A stretch of DNA of 32,000 nt from Planctopirus limnophila DSM 3776 (GTDB taxonomy: Bacteria; Planctomycetota; Planctomycetia; Planctomycetales; Planctomycetaceae), in NCBI RefSeq assembly GCF_000092105.1, contig NC_014148.1:4740001-4772000 (forward strand), given 5' to 3'. Shown piece by piece: positions 18,179 to 25,630 of this stretch (position 1 is its first letter; every line of letters starts with the position of its first letter). The position numbers and the translations under genes were made by a program. The notes beneath the pieces are model-generated. The model did not search any database. It had not been told where the DNA came from and saw nothing but the letters and a program-made list of their open reading frames with translations.

Positions 18179-18280
18179 TGGTGGAGTTCTTTTATTGCTA
18201 CAAGAGTTTCTTAAAGGTAGCACTAAACGTGACTATTCCTGGCACGGCGAAACTGTACTTGGGGTCGATAGAGCAGAAGA

Positions 18281-18314
18281 TGGTGCAATCCGTCGGAACT
18301 CCTTGCACCCTACA
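18281..18314. repeat. Copy 1 of a conserved hairpin element, TGGTGCAA-tccgtcggaactcc-TTGCACCCTACA
   Basis: 7-bp stem GGTGCAA/TTGCACC. A near-identical element lies at 29779-29810. It sits 29 nt downstream of the rluD stop on the minus strand. Confidence 0.6.
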
Positions 18315-18342
18315 GGGCTCACAAGAGCTCTGTAAACACACC

Positions 18343-19380
18343 TTAGCGAAGCTTCGACGAGGGTGATTTTTTGGGCTTGATCGCGTGGGTTTTGAGTGTG
18401 TCGAGAGTCTTCTGGAAGTCGGCCGGTAAGGGGGCTTCGAAGACCATACGCTTTTTGGTCACCGGATGATTGAAGGCCAGGCGGCGGGCATGCAGGGCTT
18501 GTCGGTCGATCAAGGTTTCATCGGCTTCTTCAGGAGTTTCCGGAAGTATGTCCGACAGCTTGACGCAGGTTTTCCCTTCATACAGACGGTCGGCAATAAT
18601 CGGATGACCCAGGTGGTGCATGTGGACGCGCAACTGATGCGTGCGCCCCGTCTGCGGCTGAAGTTTCACATACGTAAAGCCGCGAAATCGCTGCTGGACT
18701 TCGTAAAAAGTAGCGGCCTGCCTCGCGTTATCGCCCGGTGGGCAGACCATCATCCGCTCTCGATTGCGGAAGCTGACCCGCACATACGTTTCGACATAAT
18801 CGGCGTCGAACTGCATCTCACCCCAGACAATGGCGTGATACTCTTTCTCGACAGAACGCTCTTCAAACTGGCGGCTGAGATGCTGGTGCACCGTGTTGTC
18901 TTTGGCGACGACAAGCACACCACTCGTATCGCGGTCGAGTCGATGGACAATCCCCGCACGGTACTGGCCGGCCACATCGCTCAAGCTGTCAAAGTGAAAC
19001 TGCAAAGCACCCGCTAACGTGCCGCGATAGTTTCCGCGGCCGGGATGGACAATCATGTTGGCAGTTTTGTTGATCACACACAGATATTCGTCGTCGTAAA
19101 GAATATCGAGCGGAATATCTTCGGGCTGAACGCGCTGATCGGGTTCAGCAGGGAGCGAGAACTCAATCACGTCGTTGACGCGCAGGCGGCGTGAAATCTT
19201 AACGGGCAAGCCATTGACGAGGACTTTGCCCTCCTCGATGGTGCGCTGAAATGCCACCCGGCTAAAGTTGGGATACAGGCGGCTGAGATAATGGTCAATT
19301 CGCCAGCCGTGAGCACGAGCTTCGACGGTGAGCACCAGAGCGGGATTGTCATCGAGACCGAAAATCGAAGGCTCGTTCAT
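18343..19380 (-). CDS. rluD: RluA/RluD-family 23S rRNA pseudouridine synthase with an N-terminal S4 domain
   Basis: Catalytic motif HRLDRDTSGVLVVAK. The N-terminus is S4-like (RIDHYLSRLYPNFSRVAFQRTIEEGKVLVNG), and the C-terminus has HQLRVHM. Confidence 0.9.
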   Translation of the reverse strand: MNEPSIFGLDDNPALVLTVEARAHGWRIDHYLSRLYPNFSRVAFQRTIEEGKVLVNGLPVKISRRLRVNDVIEFSLPAEPDQRVQPEDIPLDILYDDEYLCVINKTANMIVHPGRGNYRGTLAGALQFHFDSLSDVAGQYRAGIVHRLDRDTSGVLVVAKDNTVHQHLSRQFEERSVEKEYHAIVWGEMQFDADYVETYVRVSFRNRERMMVCPPGDNARQAATFYEVQQRFRGFTYVKLQPQTGRTHQLRVHMHHLGHPIIADRLYEGKTCVKLSDILPETPEEADETLIDRQALHARRLAFNHPVTKKRMVFEAPLPADFQKTLDTLKTHAIKPKKSPSSKLR

Positions 19381-19411
19381 GGCAATCTCGTGGGTGGCCA
19401 GTGGGCCGAAA

Positions 19412-19436
19412 AAGAACGATCAGAAAAGAACGATCA
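19412..19436. repeat. Direct repeat AAGAACGATCA x2 (14-nt period) upstream of rluD
   Basis: Two identical 11-mers at 19412-19422 and 19426-19436, 30-55 nt upstream of the rluD start. Confidence 0.5.
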
Positions 19437-19447
19437 AACAAATAGAA

Positions 19448-19468
19448 CAGGCCCGTCAGCCGGGCCTG
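19448..19468 (-). terminator. Probable intrinsic terminator of the gene at 19589-20575
   Basis: CAGGCCCG-tcagc-CGGGCCTG is a perfect 8-bp GC-rich stem. On the minus strand it is followed by T-rich TTCTATTTGTTTGATCGTTCTTTTCTG. Confidence 0.55.
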
Positions 19469-19588
19469 AGATCACACACCAGAATACCACATGCTGAGAC
19501 CAGGGTGTAGCACCTGAAGATCAGCAGCCCAGGTCTTGAACCAGAGACCATCAATCAACCAGCCTGGCGATATGCAGCAACTGGAAAA

Positions 19589-20575
19589 TTATGGCTGTGG
19601 CGGAATCGCGGGGCTGTCTGCTGGCTTGGTGGAAGCCTCGGGAGTGGCGGGCTTTTCAGCCGCTGGAGTTTCGGGCTTGGCTGGTGCCGCTTCGGGCTTC
19701 GATGGTGCGGGAGGAAGTGCAGGATCTGGAGTACCGGCATCCTTGGGAGTCGCGGGCTCTTTGGGAGTATCGGTTGTGGCAGGTGCAGCGGCGGGCGGAA
19801 TATCGCCTTCGGTCGATTTAACGGGTGAATCCGTCGACTTGACAGGCGATGAATTGCCACCCGCTGGCGAAGCAGGAGGAGTCATGCCAGGCAGGTCGAG
19901 CCCGGGAAGACCGAGTGCACCACCTAAGCCATCACGAGGACGGGCCGGTGATTCGGGCTTGGGGTTCTGCTGGCTGTACCATTCGTAGAAGCTCTTGGTT
20001 TCGGGAGTCGCCAGGGCCTTGATCCGTTCATCGGCAATCGGCTTAAAGATCGATTGAGGGAATTCGCTCACCAGTTCTTCGTACTTGGAAATGGCAGGCT
20101 TGGTGTCGGCATTGGAAGTGGCTTCGAGCACGCGGGCCAGACCAAAAAGAGCGCGCTCACGCAGGATATTGGCCGATTTGTTTTCTGCCAGCACCTTCTC
20201 GAACCCCACCTGAGACTCCTTGAACTCGCTGTTCGCGGCAGCGCGATTGCGGTTCACCTGCAGCATCCCTTCGTCAAAGCGAAGTTCAGCGGCGCGCAAG
20301 CGGGCCCATTCACCGGGCGGTGTGCCGGCATAACGCTCGGCCAATGCTTCCATATCGGCAGGAAGTGTCGTCCCTTCCACGTCAGACCAGGCGGCTGCGA
20401 GCCGGGCGGTTTGATTGGTCGAATAGACAATGTAGCCAATCGACCCGATCACGATGGCAACCAGAACAGCCACGAGTGTCAGGCCAAAGCGTTCGAAAAA
20501 GCCACTCGACTTGAGAAGGAGCTTTCCGAGTTCACGTTCCTGCAGTTGAGATTCAATCGATGGTTCAGAATTCAT
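19589..20575 (-). CDS. Membrane-anchored helical-repeat (YfgM/TPR-like) protein with a long P/A/T-rich C-terminal tail
   Basis: One N-terminal TM helix (LTLVAVLVAIVIGSIGYIVY), then about 170 aa of helical-repeat-like sequence, then about 120 aa of P/A/T/E low complexity. The family assignment is tentative. Confidence 0.55.
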   Translation of the reverse strand: MNSEPSIESQLQERELGKLLLKSSGFFERFGLTLVAVLVAIVIGSIGYIVYSTNQTARLAAAWSDVEGTTLPADMEALAERYAGTPPGEWARLRAAELRFDEGMLQVNRNRAAANSEFKESQVGFEKVLAENKSANILRERALFGLARVLEATSNADTKPAISKYEELVSEFPQSIFKPIADERIKALATPETKSFYEWYSQQNPKPESPARPRDGLGGALGLPGLDLPGMTPPASPAGGNSSPVKSTDSPVKSTEGDIPPAAAPATTDTPKEPATPKDAGTPDPALPPAPSKPEAAPAKPETPAAEKPATPEASTKPADSPAIPPQP

Positions 20576-20834
20576 GGAGCTTAATTCATCGCTGAAGAGA
20601 ATGCTGTCTCAATACGACAGCGCACTCGTGGCGCACATGCCCACAAGATCGGTAAAAGCATAAAACTCTGATAGGGCAAGCGTCAAGCCAAGCGAGCGGG
20701 CCATTTCGCCGCAACTCCAAGTGAAATCGGGAGTTGCCAGCAGAAACAGCCTGAATCACTTTCGCCGATCGCCACTTTCTCAGGTCTTCATCATCCCTGC
20801 GAGCAAAAGACTTTAGTTCCAGTGCCATCGACTG

Positions 20835-21899
20835 TTACGTCAACGACTTACCAAAATCTCCCCGCACATCCCGCCACATCGAATGAATGTGGTTAGCACC
20901 ATCCTGGGTGTTGTTGTATTCGATGATGAACGTCGGCCCCTGAACGCGATAATGGTGCGGCTGATACTGCTTGATCCCACCCCACCAGGCAAAGTGAACC
21001 TGATCCCAGCCCGAACGCTCAATCTCGGCGAGTCGTCGCTGAGCCACTTCTTCCGGCATGTTCGCCAGATACTCGCCCACGAGAGCTCGCACTTTTTCGA
21101 CGGATTCCGTCCCCAGTTCGGGGAGAAGCACTCCGATCGGAGCTTCGACCACAGGTTGAGGGGCTCCCGGCCCGGCAACATCTTTGGGAGCTTCCTGCGA
21201 AATCGTGGCTTTCGCACGCCCGGATTCACTGGCCAGAGTGATCGCCTGACGGGCAAAGTCTTCTTCGTTGCCCAGCACCCTCAAAACGCGCCCCGGAACA
21301 GATTCCATGGTAGCCGGGTTACAGCCATAGAACTCGGGTGTGGTGGCCACAATCCGGTCGCCATCGAGTGTGTAGTTGAGCGAGAGATGATGACCTTCGA
21401 TGCGATAACCCCATGCTCCCATGCCGGGGGTACCGAAGATGCTGAAGTGGTATTGTTCTGGATCGCGACGTTCGCGGCGTTTTTCGCGATCACCAGCCTC
21501 GTACAAAAAGAGAACTTCTTCGAGACTCATGATCTTGATGGCCTGATCGTAGCCCGTCTCGGTGAGGCCGCTTTTCAGCAACGCAAAGGCGGCCTTGCGG
21601 GCAGGCCCTGTTAACGCGCGCAACTTGATCCCTTTGCGAGGCTTGGGGATAAAGTGCCAGTTAAGACGCTCCGGGTCATCGTAAGCGAACTGTACGAGAG
21701 CCCGTTGTTCGTCCGTGAGGGATTGCAAGAACTTGCTGGCGGCAGTCACCATCCGCGGGCCCGCCACTGAGGGTTGTGCAGCGGCAGTTTCGTTTGCCAG
21801 ATTGGCATTGCTCGCCAAAGCCGTGCTCGAAGAAGCCAATCGCAGCGCACCATAACCGGCTGCTAATGTTCCCAGAAACAATCGTCGGTTGAATTCCAT
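20835..21899 (-). CDS. DUF3500-domain protein with a Tat-type signal
   Basis: YHFSIFGTPGMGAWGYRIEGHHLSLNYT is the hallmark DUF3500 string. I prefer the start at MEFNRRLFLGTLAAG (21899) over the track start at 22001. Confidence 0.8.
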   Translation of the reverse strand: MEFNRRLFLGTLAAGYGALRLASSSTALASNANLANETAAAQPSVAGPRMVTAASKFLQSLTDEQRALVQFAYDDPERLNWHFIPKPRKGIKLRALTGPARKAAFALLKSGLTETGYDQAIKIMSLEEVLFLYEAGDREKRRERRDPEQYHFSIFGTPGMGAWGYRIEGHHLSLNYTLDGDRIVATTPEFYGCNPATMESVPGRVLRVLGNEEDFARQAITLASESGRAKATISQEAPKDVAGPGAPQPVVEAPIGVLLPELGTESVEKVRALVGEYLANMPEEVAQRRLAEIERSGWDQVHFAWWGGIKQYQPHHYRVQGPTFIIEYNNTQDGANHIHSMWRDVRGDFGKSLT

Positions 21900-22300
21900 G
21901 GTGCGATTCCTTGGTGTTAACGAAAAGGCTTGATAGTTATCGGGAGAGATTCGTCGGCGTGAAGTTTCGTGGAGTGTGTGAGTGTTCCAGGCTGGGGCCA
22001 ATTCTCAATCATCGATGTCAGGCAATAGACTCTGCCAGTCACAGATCCAGCGAATAACAGACTCATCTGGTGACAGTGTTATTGGGAACCGTGTTATTGG
22101 TGACAAAATCGGCAGGGAGTACATGCGACCAGTTTTCAGAGGTGAAAATCGGTCGGTGAAGCTTTATCGTTTAAATCAATGATTTTCGATGCGTCATGAC
22201 GTTACTCCATCGAGCAGGTCATGACAACCACTTCCTGGCCAACTCCCTCAGGGCCGACAAATAATGCCCGACGGAATTCCTGATTGCAGACGATTTAACC

Positions 22301-23242
22301 ATGCTCAAACGACGTGAATTCATTGCGACCACAACGCTGGGTGCCGGACTATCCGCTGCAACCGCACTCTCCTGCCAGCCTGCCCAGGCGGCGATCGAGC
22401 AGGGGCGACCGTTTCGCTATTGTCTCAATACGAGCACGATACGTGGCCAGAAGCTGCCCATCGTCGAAGAGATCAAGCTCGTTGGCGATGCGGGATACGA
22501 TGGGATCGAGCCCTGGATTAACGAAATCGATGCTTACCAGCAGCAGGGTGGCTCACTCCCTGATCTTTCGAAGCGCATTGCAGATGCAGGCCTGACGGTC
22601 GAGAGTGCCATTGGGTTTGCCGCCTTTTTAGTCGACGACCCGGCTCAGCGGCAGAAGGGGCTGGATGAAGCCCGCCGGTGCATGAGGCTGGTGAAGGCGT
22701 TGGGGGGATCGAGAATTGCCGCCCCTCCTGTGGGTGTGACCGATCGAACCGATATGAATCTGGATGTGCTGGCCGAGCGGTTTGCCGCACTTGTGCAAGT
22801 AGGGCGCGAAGAAGGCGTGTGGCCACAACTCGAACTTTGGGGCTTCTCGAAAACGTTGCATAAGCTGGGCGAAGTCGCTTATCTGCTGGCCCAGTGCGGC
22901 GATGTCAATGCCCTGGCTCTCTTGGATGCCTATCACATTTACAAAGGTGGCTCCGAATTCGGTGGCCTGGGAGCCTTTGCAGGGAACCGCATGCAGTGCT
23001 TCCACATCAATGATTATCCGGCCGAACCACCACGCTCGGAAATCAAAGACGAACATCGTGTTTATCCCGGCGATGGCATCTGCCCGCTGACTGAAGTTCT
23101 CACGATTCTCAAAAACAGCGGGTTTCGGGGTGCGATATCGCTCGAACTTTTTAATCGCAGCTATTGGCAGTTGCCAGCCGATCAGGTGGTGAAGACCGGT
23201 CTGGAAAAGATGAAGGCCGTTGTGGCCAAAGCCGGTTTGTAG
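22301..23242 (+). CDS. Sugar-phosphate isomerase/epimerase (xylose-isomerase-like TIM barrel) with a Tat signal
   Basis: The N-terminus MLKRREFIATTTLGAGLSAA...AQA fits a Tat signal. The body has typical AP-endonuclease-2/xylose-isomerase-like segments (GYDGIEPW, HINDYP, ISLELFN). Confidence 0.8.
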   Translation: MLKRREFIATTTLGAGLSAATALSCQPAQAAIEQGRPFRYCLNTSTIRGQKLPIVEEIKLVGDAGYDGIEPWINEIDAYQQQGGSLPDLSKRIADAGLTVESAIGFAAFLVDDPAQRQKGLDEARRCMRLVKALGGSRIAAPPVGVTDRTDMNLDVLAERFAALVQVGREEGVWPQLELWGFSKTLHKLGEVAYLLAQCGDVNALALLDAYHIYKGGSEFGGLGAFAGNRMQCFHINDYPAEPPRSEIKDEHRVYPGDGICPLTEVLTILKNSGFRGAISLELFNRSYWQLPADQVVKTGLEKMKAVVAKAGL

Positions 23243-23482
23243 CCACAATTTCCCTTCAGCCGGCGGCTGCTTCCGATACGAAGCGACTGACTCGTGATGT
23301 GTGGCTGTTGCCCGTCGTGCTGTCGGAAAGATGAATTGTCGTTGAAGGTTTGACGTCTTCCTATCGACCGCATGGCCCGCATGGCATATCGTTTCCAGAC
23401 CAAGTGCCAGACACGCCTGCTGCTGTGGCCTGCAGGCAGATCGACCACGACCACCTGGATCATCAACTCGGGAATCTTCACT

Positions 23483-24394
23483 ATGCAACGGGTTGTTCTT
23501 CTGGAACACAATCTGGCAGAAGCCAGCCGCATGGCCCGATTGCTGGCCGAACAGGGTTTTGAAGTCGAGATCACGAAAACCCCTGTCGAAGCGATTCAGG
23601 CCTGCCAGAAGTCACCACCTGATCTCGTGGTGACCGATATGCCCGAAAAGCGGACTGATGCCGACGACATGTCATTCATCAAATGGCTGCATCAGCATCA
23701 GCGGCAGGTTCCGATTGTCCTCTCGCTTTCGCGCAATGAAGAAATCTGTGCCCTACAGGCTTTAGAGACCGGAGCAGTCAGCTACATCCGTAAACGATTA
23801 CTCGAACAGGATCTGCCGCAGACACTTAAGAATACTTACGGCTTACTGCAACGCATGACGGGGCAGAAGCGCATTCGCAAAGCCCTCGTGCGGGCTCATT
23901 TTCAGTATCAACTGGAGAATGATCCCACGCTGACGCCTGCAGTTCTGGCAGGGGTGGAAGACGAACTCAAGCTGACGAGTCTGTTCGAACGGGCCGACAT
24001 TACCCGCATGATCATCGGCCTGCATGAAGCGATTGATAATGCGATCTTTCATGGCAATCTCGAAGTGAGTTCGGCTCTGCGCGATGCCGGTGCCACGAAG
24101 AGCTATTTTGAACTGGCCGAAAGCCGCCGGCATTTATCCCCTTATCACGAGCGGCATGTCGATTTTGAGATGCAGTTATCCCGCGAAGGGGCGGAGTTCC
24201 TGATTCGCGATGAAGGGCCGGGCTTCAATCCACAGGCCCTGCCCAATCCGACAGCGGCTGCCAATTTGGAACGCCCATCAGGCCGGGGCTTACTGCTGAT
24301 CCGCAGCTTTTTCGATGAAGTCGAATACAGCCCTACGGGAAGCGAACTCCGCCTTAAGAAAAAAGCCACCCGCAGCGCAAGCGAGGTGAAGTGA
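23483..24394 (+). CDS. Response-regulator receiver fused to an RsbW/SpoIIAB-like HATPase (serine kinase/anti-sigma-like) domain
   Basis: Receiver: VVLLEHN...DLVVTDMP...PIVLSLS...YIRK. C-terminal N-box HEAIDNAIFHGN, G1 IRDEGPGFNP, G2 SGRGLLLIRSFFDEV. I prefer the start at ATG 23483; the track ORF begins at 23372. Confidence 0.75.
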   Translation: MQRVVLLEHNLAEASRMARLLAEQGFEVEITKTPVEAIQACQKSPPDLVVTDMPEKRTDADDMSFIKWLHQHQRQVPIVLSLSRNEEICALQALETGAVSYIRKRLLEQDLPQTLKNTYGLLQRMTGQKRIRKALVRAHFQYQLENDPTLTPAVLAGVEDELKLTSLFERADITRMIIGLHEAIDNAIFHGNLEVSSALRDAGATKSYFELAESRRHLSPYHERHVDFEMQLSREGAEFLIRDEGPGFNPQALPNPTAAANLERPSGRGLLLIRSFFDEVEYSPTGSELRLKKKATRSASEVK

Positions 24395-24549
24395 TGGATC
24401 GCCAGAATCCCTCGGTTTGTAACTGTCCATAAATCAGTTCACTAAGATTTTTGTTGACATAGGATGGAGTTCTGGCCAAGTTAGTAAGTGCGCTCTCGAC
24501 TGCACGTATTCTTCGGCAGCGGGAAACTCTCATGCTTGCGTCCTCTGTT

Positions 24550-24583
24550 CCAGACTCCAGACTCCAGACTCCAGACTCCAGAC
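24550..24583 (+). repeat. Heptanucleotide microsatellite (CCAGACT) x4 plus CCAGAC
   Basis: Read directly: ccagact ccagact ccagact ccagact ccagac. It ends 40 nt upstream of the GTG start of the DUF1573 gene. Confidence 0.95.
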
Positions 24584-24623
24584 CGTCACCAGGCACCGCT
24601 CCCTGTGGGCAGGATCCATCTGG

Positions 24624-25049
24624 GTGTGGGTGGTGCCACCCGCCATCATCCCGTCGTTGGCCATCGTCACCGCCTGGCGGACAGGTGGCGTGACGGCGGC
24701 CCGCATGTGGCTGCATGGTCAGGCAGTGCAACTGGAGCCGACAGTTCTCGTGGTGCCGGTGGAAATACTTGCCCCCGACCAGACAGGCCCGATGAACGTG
24801 GTCGATTATCCCGCTCCCTTCGTGACGTTGCGAAATCTGCAAGGGAAGCCTTTGCAGGTGCTGGGTGCCAAAGAGTCGTGCGCCTGTGCGACCGCCACGT
24901 CACTACCGGCAACGATTGAGCCCTTCGGCACGTTGCGCATCCCCTTGCGGCTGAGTGAAACAGCCCGGGGGACACAGACACTGACATTCTTCACCGATGC
25001 CCCTACCACGCCGCGCCTGACGTGCCGGGTCGAGTTTCGGGGCGAGTGA
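24624..25049 (+). CDS. DUF1573-like membrane-anchored beta-sandwich protein
   Basis: N-terminal TM VVPPAIIPSLAIVTAW. The core FVTLRNLQGKPLQVLGAKESCACATATSLPATIEPFGTLRIPLRL matches the DUF1573 pattern (..N.G..PL.I..v..SCGCT....i.PG....i.v.f). GTG is the first canonical start in this frame after the stop at 24420. Confidence 0.7.
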   Translation: MWVVPPAIIPSLAIVTAWRTGGVTAARMWLHGQAVQLEPTVLVVPVEILAPDQTGPMNVVDYPAPFVTLRNLQGKPLQVLGAKESCACATATSLPATIEPFGTLRIPLRLSETARGTQTLTFFTDAPTTPRLTCRVEFRGE

Positions 25050-25080
25050 GACAGACCTTTCCCAATCCTCGATGCGAGGT

Positions 25081-25103
25081 CGGAGTGGTGTGTCACCACT
25101 CCG
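25081..25103 (+). terminator. Perfect hairpin CGGAGTGGTG-tgt-CACCACTCCG between the DUF1573 gene and the Cys-rich gene
   Basis: 10-bp perfect stem with a 3-nt loop, followed by cgatagTTTcccTggTT. It lies 30 nt before the ATG at 25134. Confidence 0.45.
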
Positions 25104-25133
25104 CGATAGTTTCCCTGGTTGAAGGAGTGCGCG

Positions 25134-25433
25134 ATGAATCTTTGTTTGCGTTTTGTGACAAGCACAGTGATGGGCCTTAATCTGGCAGCGATCCTGCTTG
25201 CCGCCATTCTGGCATTACCGGCTGCCTATGCGGATGAAGACCCCATCGATGAAGAGGGTGGGGATGAGGGAGGTACAATTGGTCTCGTTCCAGAATGTAC
25301 GCGAAATTGTGACTGCGTCACACTTCCAAACGAAAATGGCGAACCCTGCAATTCATTTGGTCCTGGCTATTGCCTGACGCAATGTTTCTGTGTGGGCTCC
25401 ATTCCCACGCGTCTTCAATGTCACAACCAGTAA
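25134..25433 (+). CDS. Small secreted cysteine-rich protein (99 aa precursor; 8 Cys in the last 45 residues)
   Basis: Strong SD GAAGGAG (25121-25127) lies 6 nt before the ATG. The Sec-type signal ends ALPAAYA|DED. An acidic stretch DEDPIDEEGGDEGG follows, then C-x3-C-x-C-x10-C-x7-C-x3-C-x-C-x9-C. Confidence 0.7.
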   Translation: MNLCLRFVTSTVMGLNLAAILLAAILALPAAYADEDPIDEEGGDEGGTIGLVPECTRNCDCVTLPNENGEPCNSFGPGYCLTQCFCVGSIPTRLQCHNQ

Positions 25434-25480
25434 ATGGTTCAGATAGCTTTTCTATGACCGAAAGATTCCAGAATGGTGGT

Positions 25481-25515
25481 ACAGGCGATGCGAGGTGTTA
25501 CCGAACATCGCCTGT
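25481..25515 (+). terminator. Hairpin ACAGGCGATG-(15 nt)-CATCGCCTGT downstream of the Cys-rich gene
   Basis: Perfect 10-bp stem 48 nt after the stop. No U-tract. Confidence 0.4.
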
Positions 25516-25630
25516 GCTGCCCAATTAACACATAGGCAGCAAAAGAGAATCTGCAAGGTAACTAGATGCTTTCAATCTATTCTCAGACTTGTGTCGTAAA
25601 ACCGATGATCACTTCTCGATTCTTTGGTGT

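Noticed and set aside
19536-19988. 150-aa Gly/Ala/Ser-rich plus-strand ORF
   Set aside because: It is the complement of the Pro/Ala/Thr-rich tail-coding region of the minus-strand gene at 19589-20575. That gene continues into a coherent TM plus helical-repeat protein, whereas the plus ORF is pure low complexity.
20586-20828. 80-aa minus-strand ORF in the 259-nt gap between the DUF3500 gene and the YfgM/TPR-like gene
   Set aside because: It has no ribosome-binding site, an odd Arg/Cys-rich composition and no motif. I treated it as intergenic. The region does contain small hairpins (e.g. GCAACTCC-n11-GGAGTTGC at 20711-20737), but nothing I can assign.
20883-21614. 243-aa plus-strand ORF opposite the DUF3500 gene
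   Set aside because: The minus strand carries the DUF3500 hallmark (EGHHLSLN) and a Tat signal. The plus ORF has no motif.
22628-23509. 293-aa minus-strand ORF overlapping the isomerase gene and the intergenic region
   Set aside because: The plus-strand ORF has a Tat signal and TIM-barrel isomerase strings. The minus ORF is a shadow frame extending into non-coding DNA.
24550-24583. Heptamer array as a CRISPR-like or coding tandem repeat
   Set aside because: The units are contiguous 7-mers without spacers. No canonical start codon places the array inside the supported ORF in its present frame. It is a simple-sequence repeat.
24488-24919. 143-aa ORF (GTG start) that would translate the heptamer repeat as QTPDSRLQTPD
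   Set aside because: Downstream of the repeat it runs in the wrong frame across the DUF1573 domain and gives Arg/Gly-rich nonsense. It is relevant only for the frame arithmetic of the microsatellite.
25134-25433. Cys-rich ORF as a RiPP precursor or lanthipeptide-like peptide
   Set aside because: No radical-SAM, LanM/LanB, cyclodehydratase or peptidase-transporter gene is nearby. The protein has an ordinary Sec signal rather than a leader peptide, so it is more likely a disulfide-rich or metal-binding exported protein.
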